Of a DNA stretch of 64,000 nt, positions 34,795 through 44,852 are shown in pieces; position 1 is the stretch's first letter; each line of letters opens with the position of its first letter. The DNA comes from Candidatus Eiseniibacteriota bacterium (lineage in GTDB: Bacteria; Arandabacterota; Arandabacteria; Arandabacterales; Arandabacteraceae), in NCBI GenBank assembly GCA_043808325.1, contig JAZDEY010000037.1, forward strand, positions 19,623 to 83,622, given 5' to 3'. A model generated the notes under the pieces. That model did no database searches, was not told the origin of the DNA, and worked only from the letters and a program-made list of their open reading frames with translations. Made by a program: the position numbers and the translations under genes.

Positions 34795-36675
34795 TTAGCC
34801 TTCCTGAATAACCTGAGGAAGATCTCTGAACTGCAAATCGTATAACCGCCTGTAGACTCTGCCGGCGGCGACCAGCTGGTCGTGCCTGCCGGCTTCCACT
34901 ATCCGCCCATCCTCTATCACCAAGATCACGTCCGCCTTGGTCACCGTCGATAGCCTGTGGGCTATGACGAAGGTGGTGCGGTTGGACACCAACCTCTGGA
35001 TGGCGTCCTGGACAAGTTTCTCGGCCTCCGAATCAAGCGACGACGTGGCCTCGTCGAAAATCAGAACCTGAGGATCCTTGAGGATCGCCCTCGCAATTGC
35101 TATGCGCTGGCGCTCCCCTCCGGAGAGCCTCACTCCCCGATCTCCGATCATGGTGTCATAGCCCTGGGGAAGCGCTTCAATGAACTCGCGGGCATTGGCC
35201 GCCTGGGCGGCTTCGGCGATCTTCGAGAAGGCCACATCCTTCAGACCATAGGCAATGTTGTTCCTCACCGTATCGTTAAAGAGGATCACTTCCTGGGTTA
35301 CTATCCCCATCAGGTCTCGCAGCGACCTGGTGGTTATCCGCCGGATGTCCTTGCCGTCGATCGTCACACTCCCCTCGGTAGGATCGTAGAATCGGGGAAT
35401 CAGATCGACCAGCGTGGATTTGCCCGCGCCGCTCGGCCCCACAAGCGCTACCACCTGCCCCTTCTTGACTTTGAAATCGATGTCCTCGAGGACGGGATCG
35501 GTGCCGCCGTATCTGAAACTAACGTGGTTGAAGGCGATCTCCTCACCGATCGCCCTGATATCGACCGCATCGGGAGCATCCACGATGTCGGGTTTAGTGT
35601 CGAGCAACGCGAAGATCCGTTTGGCGGCGGCAAGCCCTTCCTGAATCTTGGTGCTGGCATAGCTGATGTTCTTAACCGGATGCAGGGTCGAAAGCATCGC
35701 TGCAAGGAAGATAAGAAACTTGCCGGGAGTAAGGAGCGTGCCCCCAAGTACCTGCCTGCCCCCGTACCACAGCACGACCAGCATGCCGCAGACACCCAGA
35801 AACTCGGTAATCGGGGGCGCCAGCGACGCTGCTTTCTGCTGCTTGACGAAGAGGCGATAGAAGTCCTGGGTAAACCCCTCGAACTTGGCTCTCTCGAATC
35901 CCTCCATGCCGAAGGCCTTGACCACTCGGATCCCGGATATGGTTTCCTGGAGAACACCGGTGATGTCCGCCAGCTTCTCCTGGGCTCGCGTGGTGTATCT
36001 GCGAAGCTTCTTGCCGATCCTGGTCACTATGTAGGTGATGGGAGGAATTACGACAAATGCAACCAGCGCCAGCCGCCAGCTGATCACCACCACGATGGCC
36101 GCATACACCAGCGTCAGGATAAGATCCCGTAGAAAACCGAGGAAACCGGCCGAGATCGCCATCCTGAGAAGGCTCACGTCATTTGTGATTCGCGATATGA
36201 CGCTCCCGGTCTTGCTCTTGTGAAAGTACGACAGCGAGAGCTTATGAAGATGCGTGTAGAGTTGATTTCTAACGTCACGAATCACCCGCTGTTCGATCGC
36301 CGCGCTTGTGACAGCGAGGAGGTAGGTAAAGAGTCCCTTGAGCAAATATATGGCAAGAATCGAGACACAGATGCGCTCCAGTGCCACCATCGGAGACGTC
36401 GGAGAATAGTAACTGAGAATCTTCTCTCGCGCGGCCTCGAGAAATGCCGTGAGGGATTGGGGCGCGCTTCTCAAGAGTTCGTTGCCGGCTCCGCCCCCGG
36501 CGGCCGCATTTAGCGTGCTGCCCGAGAAGATCAGTTTCATGAAAGGCAGGATCATGCCGATCGAGCAGCCGCTGAAGATCGCGCACAGAACCATAAGGAC
36601 GAAAGCGACAATCATCTGCCGCCAGTAGGGCTTGAGGAAGGAGAGCGCCCTGAAGTAGAATCCCATGTTGATCAT
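34795..36675 (-). CDS. msbA: MsbA-like lipid A-core ABC exporter
   Basis: TMD plus NBD; GPSGAGKST, LSGGERQRIAIAR, FDEATS; LPS context. Confidence 0.88.
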   Translation of the reverse strand: MINMGFYFRALSFLKPYWRQMIVAFVLMVLCAIFSGCSIGMILPFMKLIFSGSTLNAAAGGGAGNELLRSAPQSLTAFLEAAREKILSYYSPTSPMVALERICVSILAIYLLKGLFTYLLAVTSAAIEQRVIRDVRNQLYTHLHKLSLSYFHKSKTGSVISRITNDVSLLRMAISAGFLGFLRDLILTLVYAAIVVVISWRLALVAFVVIPPITYIVTRIGKKLRRYTTRAQEKLADITGVLQETISGIRVVKAFGMEGFERAKFEGFTQDFYRLFVKQQKAASLAPPITEFLGVCGMLVVLWYGGRQVLGGTLLTPGKFLIFLAAMLSTLHPVKNISYASTKIQEGLAAAKRIFALLDTKPDIVDAPDAVDIRAIGEEIAFNHVSFRYGGTDPVLEDIDFKVKKGQVVALVGPSGAGKSTLVDLIPRFYDPTEGSVTIDGKDIRRITTRSLRDLMGIVTQEVILFNDTVRNNIAYGLKDVAFSKIAEAAQAANAREFIEALPQGYDTMIGDRGVRLSGGERQRIAIARAILKDPQVLIFDEATSSLDSEAEKLVQDAIQRLVSNRTTFVIAHRLSTVTKADVILVIEDGRIVEAGRHDQLVAAGRVYRRLYDLQFRDLPQVIQEG

Positions 36676-36677
36676 GC

Positions 36678-37754
36678 TCAGACCCGCACAAGCGAGGCCA
36701 GGAAATCACGGGTCTGCATGGCCACCTTCGCGGGCGATACGCTGGTCCATTCGCTCTCTTGCATCAGACGGAAGTTGCCGGGACCCGGGATCCATCTTCT
36801 GTCTTCCTTGTCGGAGAAGAGCACCAAACAGGGCACTCCCATCGTGACCGCAAAGTGCAACAGGTCCGTATTGGCGGTTATTAGAAGATCGCATTGGGAG
36901 AGTATCCCCAGTGTGTCCCGGAAGCTCTTTCTAGGAATGTCGAGCCAATCATAGACGCCCAGCCGCCGAATGTCTTCATCCTTTATTGCGGGATTGGGAT
37001 CGGACAGGAGAGCGATGCCGCTGGATTTCAAGGCCTGGAGACTCTTGGCTATTCTGATCTCCACGTCAAATGGCGGCTTATCCCCGGTCTTGGTATAGCT
37101 GAGGTCTACGCCTATCATCAGGTCAGAAGGGTTCTTCTTCCTTAGCTTCACCACTTCTCGGGCGATCTTGACCTCTTTGTCTGGGATCTGCCACCGAGAG
37201 ACCTCACCTCCGCCTGGCGCGAGAAAGCGCACCAGGCAGAGATTAAGGTCAAGGAAGTACTTCGCATCGCTCGCCGGGACCACCTCTACATTGAACAGCG
37301 GATAGCCGACGTCTCCCTTGAGCCTTAACCTGAGTCTCGCGCCCAGAAGAGTTGGAAGGATCACCTTATAGAAATCGTATCGGAAATCGAAGCAGAAGAC
37401 CGCCTCGATCATTCGCTCCCGCATATCCGACACAAAGGCACGGTAGTTCCAGATGCCGCGGGTGCCGCGGATCTTGGGAAACTCCACCAGATCATCCACA
37501 ATACCGCTGCCACGAAGGATGTCAGCCTGGCCGTTTCCTACCAGACAGATTATCCTGGATTCAGGCAGAGCCCCCCTGAGCATCGAGATCGCCGGATACG
37601 CCAGCAGCATTTCAGCAAGTCCTTCGGGCGGCACCACCAGCACTCTCCTCGCGCTGGACGCAAGTCTACCCAGGGAAAACGGCTCATGAGCGCCCTTACC
37701 GCTGAAAAGCCTGATTACGGCACTGGTCAACACTTTCTTGGTCCATGCAGCCAA
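36678..37754 (-). CDS. Divergent GT9-family glycosyltransferase
   Basis: GLAEMLLAYPAI (GDxxL-like), CDLLITANTDLLHFAVTMGVP (NDSG..H-like). Confidence 0.65.
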   Translation of the reverse strand: MAAWTKKVLTSAVIRLFSGKGAHEPFSLGRLASSARRVLVVPPEGLAEMLLAYPAISMLRGALPESRIICLVGNGQADILRGSGIVDDLVEFPKIRGTRGIWNYRAFVSDMRERMIEAVFCFDFRYDFYKVILPTLLGARLRLRLKGDVGYPLFNVEVVPASDAKYFLDLNLCLVRFLAPGGGEVSRWQIPDKEVKIAREVVKLRKKNPSDLMIGVDLSYTKTGDKPPFDVEIRIAKSLQALKSSGIALLSDPNPAIKDEDIRRLGVYDWLDIPRKSFRDTLGILSQCDLLITANTDLLHFAVTMGVPCLVLFSDKEDRRWIPGPGNFRLMQESEWTSVSPAKVAMQTRDFLASLVRV

Positions 37755-37862
37755 GTCTTAACCTCGTTCCACTGAGATGATTCTTTCTCGCTGTGACGAC
37801 CTTCTCACACCCTTGGTAATATTTCTGAGGGCGACATCCATTCGTATCCCAATCTCCTTCGG

Positions 37863-38246
37863 CTAGGTGACGCCCTTGATCTTCCAGTCGTATTCCTTTT
37901 CAAAAACCTCGCGGAAGTCATAGACGTTCCTGAAATCACCCCTGGAGTCTTGCTCGGTTCTCCCAAGAATCCCTGCTGCGACCAGGTTAAACACGATCTC
38001 TCCGAAATCGTCGGTCTTCCTGACACCCCAGTGCTCAAACACCATCCTGGCCGTCAGCCCGAATCGTTCCTTGGCGAACTCCTTGATGCCGTCTAAGAGC
38101 TCCCCGCCCGAGACATGACCTCTGCGCCCCAGTTTGGAGAGCGTGTACTCCAGGGAACCCATCACGAAAACGTAGGCCTCGAGCTTATACCGAGAATCGC
38201 TCGCGGCCACACGCTCAAGTTCGGTTACCACATTGTTATCTTCCAT
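37863..38246 (-). CDS. Minf_1886 / TIGR04138-like conserved small protein
   Basis: RYKLEAYVFV, HVSGGELLDGI, WGVRKTDDFGEIVFNLV, DSRGDF pattern recognised from memory. Confidence 0.72.
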   Translation of the reverse strand: MEDNNVVTELERVAASDSRYKLEAYVFVMGSLEYTLSKLGRRGHVSGGELLDGIKEFAKERFGLTARMVFEHWGVRKTDDFGEIVFNLVAAGILGRTEQDSRGDFRNVYDFREVFEKEYDWKIKGVT

Positions 38247-38332
38247 AATTTTCTCTCGAATAGCGCCCAGCGTTCAATTACCATTCTAAGTTATGATAGC
38301 ATGCTTTCCAAATCAAGGAAGATAATTCCGCC

Positions 38333-40606
38333 ATGCCCTCGAGAATCCGACTGATCTTGCCGGCCTTTGCCATCGGGCTCGTCGGCACCACCGCCCAGGT
38401 TATAATCATAAGAGAGCTGCTGGTCGCCTTGACCGGCAACGAATTGACCATCGCAGTAACCCTCGCTGCATGGCTCTCGGCGGCGGCCGGCGGCAGCGCG
38501 ATATACCGAAGACTGGGCCGGGCCGGCGAGGGATCCACCGCAGAACTCCTGATTATCGCAGGACTGCTTCTGCCGTTTCAAGTGATTTCCGTGCGCTTGC
38601 TTCACCCCCTGGTCTCTTCATTCGGCGAGATTCTGGGTCCGGGGATGATACTCGCTCTCTCAGCTCTTGGGGTCCTACCCGGCGCCATGGTCCTCGGAGC
38701 GCTATTTGTGGCAATCGTCGCGGATGCCGGGGATCGAACCTCCGGGCGCCCCATTGCGCTGGTATACGGTATCGAAGCTCTGGGCTCGGGGGTAGCGGGC
38801 CTTCTTCTCAGCACATACCTTCTGGAAGCTCTGAACCCGCTTGCAGTGATTGGGCTGGCCGCGTTGGTGGGGTTGGCCGGGGGTTGGTACCTCCATTTGT
38901 CAAAGGGAGACCGACCGCGTGGGGCCTTTTCGGCGCTTGCAGCAGTGTCCCTTGCCGGGCTGGCGGTAGCGGTCGCAACCAGCGGTCGGATGGACCTTGC
39001 GAGTCGGGCGCTCCAGTGGAGACCCCTTAGAGTTGCGGAGACCAGCGATTCCAGATACGGCAATTTGGTTGTCACGAGCCGCGACAGCACCTACGACTTC
39101 TTCGAGAGCGGCACCCTTGCCTTCACGATACCCGACGCGCCATACGCCGAAGAGTGCGCCCACATTCCGTTGCTCCATCATCCCGAACCACGGCAAATAC
39201 TGGTCCTGGGTGGCGCCGGGTCGGGTGTTATCCGGGAGATACTCAAGCATGGATCGGTCAGGACGATCGACTATATAGAAATCGATCCTGCTTCCATGGC
39301 CGTCATGGAAAGGTTCTCTCCCCCCGGATCGTTGTACGGCAACAGCAGAGCCTTGGTCAATGCCCTCTACGGCGATGCCAGGGAATATGTGGCCAAGACC
39401 AGTAGCATGTATGACATCGTCATAGTCAATGTGGGCACGCCCACGACCCTCCAGCTAAACCGATACTATACGGTTGAATTCTTCCGCAGCGCCGAGAAGA
39501 TCCTCAACAGGAACGGAATCCTGTCCCTGAAGATAGCGTCGCCCGGAGCCTATGTCGGGCCCGAGCTCGGTCGCCTGGTGGCAAGCGTCACCAGCGCCTG
39601 CAAAGCGGTGCTACCCAACGTAATCGTGCTTCCCGGCGAATACATACACATCCTGGCCTCACCCGGCCTGGATCTCCGAAGCCAGACTCCGCTTGTGCTT
39701 GAACGTCTCCGCAGGCGGGCAGTTGAGGCATCCTACGTCAATGGCTTCGTACTCTGGGACAGATTCTCTCAACTGAGGATCGCTCAGCTTGACAGCGCCA
39801 TTGGCGCATACGATGACGGCCGCCCGAACTCGGACATGAAGCCTGTAACCTTCCGGCTGGCGATATCCATCTGGGAGAAGCATACCCGAGTCGGGCGAGC
39901 GGTCTCAGATCTGACATCCTGGCTCAAGCCTGAAAGGTGCCTGCTTCTGATGCTCGCCGCCTGCGTGATCACGGTCATGGTCTTCGCGCTGGTATCACGA
40001 TCAAGGCTGAATGTTGTCGCAGATCTCGCCATCCTTTACGCAATGGGTCTCACCACGATGTTTACGCTGCTCCTGGCGGTGTTGGGGTTACAGATCGTCA
40101 GCGGGTACCTTTACGGCCGGATCGCGGCCCTGATCGCGGCCTTCATGGGAGGCATGGGAACCACGTCCATGATGGCAGGCTTGAAGAGCTCTCGGCCCGG
40201 GATTAGGCGGCCGACGCCAGCCCTTATCGCGGGTCTGGCGGTCCCGCCTATTGCGGTCATACTGGCCGCGAGCCTGCTTGGGCGCGACCCGCGGGCCTTA
40301 CCTTCTCAGGCTGCCGACATCACCTTTGCGGCAGTTGCTTTCGCCACCGGGGCGCTTGGAGGATCTATCTTCGCAAGTGCCTCAACGTCCCTGGTCCGGG
40401 CCGGCAAGAGTGATGTTGCGGCGGCATCCCTTGCCTATTCGCTCGATCTCGCAGGCGCTGCCACGGCGGGTCTGGCGACGGGTTTCCTCATGATCCCTGC
40501 AATAGGCATTGCAGAATCTGCCTATGTTGTATCGATCTTCAGCCTTGTGGTTCTTGCCGGCGTCGTCATTTTGAGGAAGGTTTCTTCAGGACCTCTGCCT
40601 CATTGA
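38333..40606 (+). CDS. Membrane-embedded spermidine-synthase-like SAM-binding protein
   Basis: TM blocks flank a core with DSRYG, LVLGGAGSG, YIEIDP, GDAREY, YYTVEFF. Confidence 0.8.
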   Translation: MPSRIRLILPAFAIGLVGTTAQVIIIRELLVALTGNELTIAVTLAAWLSAAAGGSAIYRRLGRAGEGSTAELLIIAGLLLPFQVISVRLLHPLVSSFGEILGPGMILALSALGVLPGAMVLGALFVAIVADAGDRTSGRPIALVYGIEALGSGVAGLLLSTYLLEALNPLAVIGLAALVGLAGGWYLHLSKGDRPRGAFSALAAVSLAGLAVAVATSGRMDLASRALQWRPLRVAETSDSRYGNLVVTSRDSTYDFFESGTLAFTIPDAPYAEECAHIPLLHHPEPRQILVLGGAGSGVIREILKHGSVRTIDYIEIDPASMAVMERFSPPGSLYGNSRALVNALYGDAREYVAKTSSMYDIVIVNVGTPTTLQLNRYYTVEFFRSAEKILNRNGILSLKIASPGAYVGPELGRLVASVTSACKAVLPNVIVLPGEYIHILASPGLDLRSQTPLVLERLRRRAVEASYVNGFVLWDRFSQLRIAQLDSAIGAYDDGRPNSDMKPVTFRLAISIWEKHTRVGRAVSDLTSWLKPERCLLLMLAACVITVMVFALVSRSRLNVVADLAILYAMGLTTMFTLLLAVLGLQIVSGYLYGRIAALIAAFMGGMGTTSMMAGLKSSRPGIRRPTPALIAGLAVPPIAVILAASLLGRDPRALPSQAADITFAAVAFATGALGGSIFASASTSLVRAGKSDVAAASLAYSLDLAGAATAGLATGFLMIPAIGIAESAYVVSIFSLVVLAGVVILRKVSSGPLPH

Positions 40607-42095
40607 AGACTTGGGCGGAGAAGATCTGGATGGTCGCCCCCTCTCGCCAGCAACCCCTCGGCAGCCCCGCCTTGAGGCAAGTGTTGTCGAGAAACTGGTA
40701 GCGATCCCAACCGTATTCGGTCGCCACCTGAGGTAGAAGCAACCCGTGATAGAAGCCCTTCTCAAGGTAGATACCGTCCCGTCCGACCTCGATCTCTTCA
40801 GGATTGGTGATCTTCCTCAAGGGTGTCAGCACGGAAATCTCGATCTCTATTTCCTTCAGTTCCTCTATGGTCACGGCGGGAAACCTTGGGTCCTCGGTGG
40901 CCGCCGCTATCGCCATGTTCGAGATTGTCTTAACCAGAGGCTCTACGCCTACTATGTTGCCGATGCAGCCGCGCAGATCACCTCGCTCGGTCAGCGTCAC
41001 GAAGGCTCCCATCTTTTCACGCAGCAGCGGGGAGGTCGCTTTGAGCTCCGGCGCGTGCTTATCCAGGAGCGTGGCCTCAATCGCCTGCCGCGCGATACTC
41101 AGCAGCTCGGCCTTCTCACTGTGCTTGAGCCCGAGGTCGACACCCACAGCGTCCTCGGCAACAAGCGCCGCCGCGAGGTAACCGACGACGCTTGATTTGT
41201 CGCCGGTAACATCGCCCGAATTGGCGTACTTGAATACCACGCCTCTGGACGCACCAATCTCGCGAGCTGCGAGCATCACTGTCACCACCGGACCGCCTCC
41301 ACAGGCCTCGCACTGTTCAAGGTCGAGGTCACGCGCCAGACCCTCGGGGTCATAATTCCTTATGTGATCGATCACGATCTGGTCGAGACGTACTGCCTCA
41401 TTGTAGTCGTGAAAGTGCGAGAGATCGGTGCTCGCAACCAGCAGCACGTTCTTGCCTTTGACTGCGCCAGCGATCGCTTTGGCAAGCCGCCGCGCGGTTG
41501 TGATCGATTGATCTCCCATCACGATGGGCACGATTCTCAAGCCGGGCACGGTGATCTGAAGGAAGGGCAGCTGGACCTCGAGCGAGTGCTCCTGTGCTTG
41601 GGCGTCGTCCCGGAACTGGACTGAGGAATCAGCCTTCGCGATGGCGTCGGCAATGTCCCCGGCTATCTCTATTAAGCCCAATGGCGTCTTGAACCGCCCT
41701 TCGCGATAGATCGAACTTCCCTGGAAACGCATGCGATGGCTGGGAGCCACAATCACCACGGCATCGAACTGCTTGCCCTGGATCGTACGATAGCCATCGG
41801 CGGCAATCTGGCCGGAGTACATATACCCCGCGTGAGGGGAAATCAGGGCAACTATCCTGCCCCGGATTTTAGGAGGCTGCGCCTTCTCCAGCATCGATGA
41901 GACCGCCTCGCGAAGCTCCTCCGGAGTTCCTGGGTAGAACTGGCCGGCGACGGCCGGCTGTCTGATCTTGGATGATCCCATCTCAATATTCCCCCCTTCG
42001 CGGGAACCGGTCCCGCATGCGGCGCCGACAACGAGAACTGCGACCAAGACGGATGATATGCCCAGACTTCGCATGCCATGCTGCAAGGTTTTCAA
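40566..42095 (-). CDS. amrB-amrA: MEMO1 (AmrB) - AMMECR1 (AmrA) fusion with N-terminal signal-like peptide
   Basis: PAVAGQFYP, PHAGYMYSG, EHSLEVQLPF, STDLSHF, ACGGGP; then GAFVTL..LRGCIG, EDPRF, LLLPQVA. TTG 42095 follows SD AGGAGGAGG. Confidence 0.9.
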   Translation of the reverse strand: MKTLQHGMRSLGISSVLVAVLVVGAACGTGSREGGNIEMGSSKIRQPAVAGQFYPGTPEELREAVSSMLEKAQPPKIRGRIVALISPHAGYMYSGQIAADGYRTIQGKQFDAVVIVAPSHRMRFQGSSIYREGRFKTPLGLIEIAGDIADAIAKADSSVQFRDDAQAQEHSLEVQLPFLQITVPGLRIVPIVMGDQSITTARRLAKAIAGAVKGKNVLLVASTDLSHFHDYNEAVRLDQIVIDHIRNYDPEGLARDLDLEQCEACGGGPVVTVMLAAREIGASRGVVFKYANSGDVTGDKSSVVGYLAAALVAEDAVGVDLGLKHSEKAELLSIARQAIEATLLDKHAPELKATSPLLREKMGAFVTLTERGDLRGCIGNIVGVEPLVKTISNMAIAAATEDPRFPAVTIEELKEIEIEISVLTPLRKITNPEEIEVGRDGIYLEKGFYHGLLLPQVATEYGWDRYQFLDNTCLKAGLPRGCWREGATIQIFSAQVFNEAEVLKKPSSK

Positions 42096-42184
42096 TCTGA
42101 CCACCTCCTCCTACTCGCCCAGCCGGGAGGCGCCATAATCTCCTGTTCAGGACGAACTCTATCGGCCTAAGTACTTTCCCCGGC

Positions 42185-43783
42185 TCAGATGAGCGTGTCT
42201 CTCCGCCAGTTGACATCGTCGGTACCGGGACAGTCTATGTTGTAATGAAGTCCTCTGCTCTCCCGCCTGGTGAGAGCGCATCTCACTATGAGGTCGGCGA
42301 CAAGAGCGATGTTCCTCAGCTCAATCAGATCTGCGTTCAGGCGGTATCTGCGGTAGTAGGCATCGATCTGTTCGCGCAGCAGTCCTATTCTGCGCCGGGC
42401 GGTTGTCAGCCGGTCGTCCGATCTCACAATGCCCACGTAATCCCACATCAGGCTTCTGACCTCGTCCCAGTCGTGATCGAATACCACGACCTCAGCAGGC
42501 TCGGCGGTACCCTCGTCGTGCCAGGGCTCGATCGGCGGAATTCTAACCCCGTGCTCGCCGGCAACGCGGCTTGCTGCCACGGCTGCCACGTGCGCATAGA
42601 CCACCGCTTCAAGCAGTGAATTCGATGCCAAGCGGTTGGCCCCATGCAGGCCCGTTAGGGCCACCTCCCCGGCGCACAGCAGGCCGTCGATACTGGTCCG
42701 GCCATCCCGATCAGTCACCACACCTCCACACATGTAATGGGCTGCCGGCACCACCGGGATAGCTTGCTTTGTGATGTCGATGCCCACATCGAGGCATCTG
42801 GCGTAGATGCTGGGAAACCTTCGCTTGATCCTGGCCTTACCTATCGGGCTCAAGTCAAGAAAGACGAATTTGTCACCCCGTCGTTTCATTTCGAAATCCA
42901 CCGCCCTTGCTACCACATCCCTAGGGGCCAGCTCGGCCTCGGGATGATATCTAGGCATGAATCTCTCCCCGTCGAGCGTTCTCAAGACGGCGCCCTCGCC
43001 CCGGACTGCCTCGGACACAAGAAAGCTCTTGGCAAGCGGATGATAGAGGCAGGTTGGGTGGAACTGTACGAACTCCAGATTGCCCACTCGGGCTCCCGCC
43101 CGGTAAGCCATCGCGAGTCCATCCCCCGTTGCTATGTCGGGGTTCGAAGTATAAAGGTAGACTTTGCCGGTGCCTCCGGTGGCGACAACCGTTGCCTTCG
43201 CTGTGAAGGGATCGATGGTTCTGGCAACAGCATCCATAACGTAAGCCCCCCAGCATCGGTCGGGCTTAAGAGGTTCGCCTCTGCGTTTGGACTCAAGGAT
43301 AAGATCCACTCCGATGTGGTTCTCGAAGAAAGCGATGTTTGTGAGCGATTTTGCTCTTTCCAGCAGGACCGTTTCAATCTCGCGCCCGGTGTAATCCATC
43401 GCGTGAACGATCCGTTTCGCGGAGTGCCCTCCCTCCCGGCCCAACGCCAGCCTCGGTCCGCTGCCCGTCTCGTCGCCGGTGAAAGCCACCCCCATTGCGA
43501 TCAGCTCTTCAAGGCGGGCCCTGCCGTTACCCACCACAAAGTTGACGACGTCGGGGTGACAGAGCCCACTGCCTGCCTTCAAGGTATCCTGAATATGAAG
43601 CTCCGGTGAATCGCCAGGGTCCAGGGCGACAGCGATCCCGCCCTGGGCGTAGTTGGTATTGGATTCACTCCTCAGCTTCTTTGTGACGATATTGACCCTT
43701 CCCATGGGCGCGAGCTTTATTGCCGCAAGAAGCCCTGCTATGCCGCTTCCGATCACCAGGAATTCCGATTCTGTGGGCCTCAT
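42185..43783 (-). CDS. nadB: L-aspartate oxidase
   Basis: GSGIAG, SNTNYAQGGI, EGGHSAKRIVHA, QFHPT, PAAHYMCGG, LHGANRLASNSLLE, ESRGLHY. Confidence 0.96.
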   Translation of the reverse strand: MRPTESEFLVIGSGIAGLLAAIKLAPMGRVNIVTKKLRSESNTNYAQGGIAVALDPGDSPELHIQDTLKAGSGLCHPDVVNFVVGNGRARLEELIAMGVAFTGDETGSGPRLALGREGGHSAKRIVHAMDYTGREIETVLLERAKSLTNIAFFENHIGVDLILESKRRGEPLKPDRCWGAYVMDAVARTIDPFTAKATVVATGGTGKVYLYTSNPDIATGDGLAMAYRAGARVGNLEFVQFHPTCLYHPLAKSFLVSEAVRGEGAVLRTLDGERFMPRYHPEAELAPRDVVARAVDFEMKRRGDKFVFLDLSPIGKARIKRRFPSIYARCLDVGIDITKQAIPVVPAAHYMCGGVVTDRDGRTSIDGLLCAGEVALTGLHGANRLASNSLLEAVVYAHVAAVAASRVAGEHGVRIPPIEPWHDEGTAEPAEVVVFDHDWDEVRSLMWDYVGIVRSDDRLTTARRRIGLLREQIDAYYRRYRLNADLIELRNIALVADLIVRCALTRRESRGLHYNIDCPGTDDVNWRRDTLI

Positions 43784-44847
43784 CAGCCTCCTATGCCTCC
43801 TTGCAGTACGGCTTCAAATGCCTGCGGGTTGTCGATCGTGATATCCGCACGCACCGCGAGCGCCGCATCTCTGAGACTCTGAGGCAGTTTACCGAAGTCC
43901 TTCTCTGTCGTGACCAGCCTCTTGCATCCGTGGCGATGCATCAGAGCCGAGACCCTCACCGCGTCACCTTCGTCATACCAGTGATGATCGCCGAACCTGA
44001 TGCTGACCAAGGGTTGAACGCCCGCCCTGATACAGGTTCGCTCGAATCTCGCGGGTTGCGCAATGCCGCTCAGGACAAGAACCGGAAGTCCCTTGACGGA
44101 GTCCGCGGATTGCGCGCAGCCGTCCGCATCCATGAGCACCGGGTCCTGCAGTGCGGCAAAGAACACCGTCCTCGGAAGGCGGCCGCGAGCTCTATCTGAG
44201 GGCTTGGGCTCTCCGGGCTCAAGCACTACGACCGCCACGTGCTCAGGCCTTATCGCGTCCCAGGGCTCCCGCAGCCGGCCGAGCGGCAACAGCGCTTGCC
44301 GCGACCGCAGAGATGCCCCATCGAGAGTAACCACGTCAAGGCACTTGGCGATACCTCTGGCCTGAAAACCATCGTCGAGGACAAAGACGTTGGGCTTGAA
44401 GGCAGAGATGGCCGCACGGGCAGCCGCAACTCTGTCTTTGCCGACCACCACCGAGATACCCTGCAGGCGTCTCGCGATCAGATAAGGCTCATCGCCTGCC
44501 TCGGCGACCGACACCAGAAGGCCATGACCGTTACTCACCTTGAGAGGTGATTGCTTCCCCTTGCGCATGTAGCCCCGTGAGATCACGCATACCCGGCGGC
44601 CCGACCGGGCAAGCATCCGGGCAGTGAGCATGCACAGGGGGGTCTTACCGGTACCGCCCACCAGGATGCTGCCGATGCTCACTACCGGGATTCCTACATC
44701 GACCGCCTTGCCGGGCAGCCGTCTCCATAGTCCGACCAGTGCTCCGTAGAGAATCGAGAGCGGCGCCAGTGCGGGGAAGAGTAACGTCCGCGGTACGCGG
44801 CCCATCTGGTCTCGGGGCTTTAGATTTCTCAGATCTACCACGATCAT
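43783..44847 (-). CDS. lpxK: Tetraacyldisaccharide 4'-kinase
   Basis: SIGSILVGGTGKTP, SRGY, GDEP, LDDGFQ, LLPLGRLRE, TTEKD. ATG 44847 preferred. Confidence 0.93.
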   Translation of the reverse strand: MIVVDLRNLKPRDQMGRVPRTLLFPALAPLSILYGALVGLWRRLPGKAVDVGIPVVSIGSILVGGTGKTPLCMLTARMLARSGRRVCVISRGYMRKGKQSPLKVSNGHGLLVSVAEAGDEPYLIARRLQGISVVVGKDRVAAARAAISAFKPNVFVLDDGFQARGIAKCLDVVTLDGASLRSRQALLPLGRLREPWDAIRPEHVAVVVLEPGEPKPSDRARGRLPRTVFFAALQDPVLMDADGCAQSADSVKGLPVLVLSGIAQPARFERTCIRAGVQPLVSIRFGDHHWYDEGDAVRVSALMHRHGCKRLVTTEKDFGKLPQSLRDAALAVRADITIDNPQAFEAVLQGGIGG

Positions 44848-44852
44848 CCCGA

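Noticed and set aside
37755-37845. 27-codon ORF MDVALRNITKGVRR between the TIGR04138-like gene and the GT9
   Set aside because: Poor SD spacing and no recognisable features.
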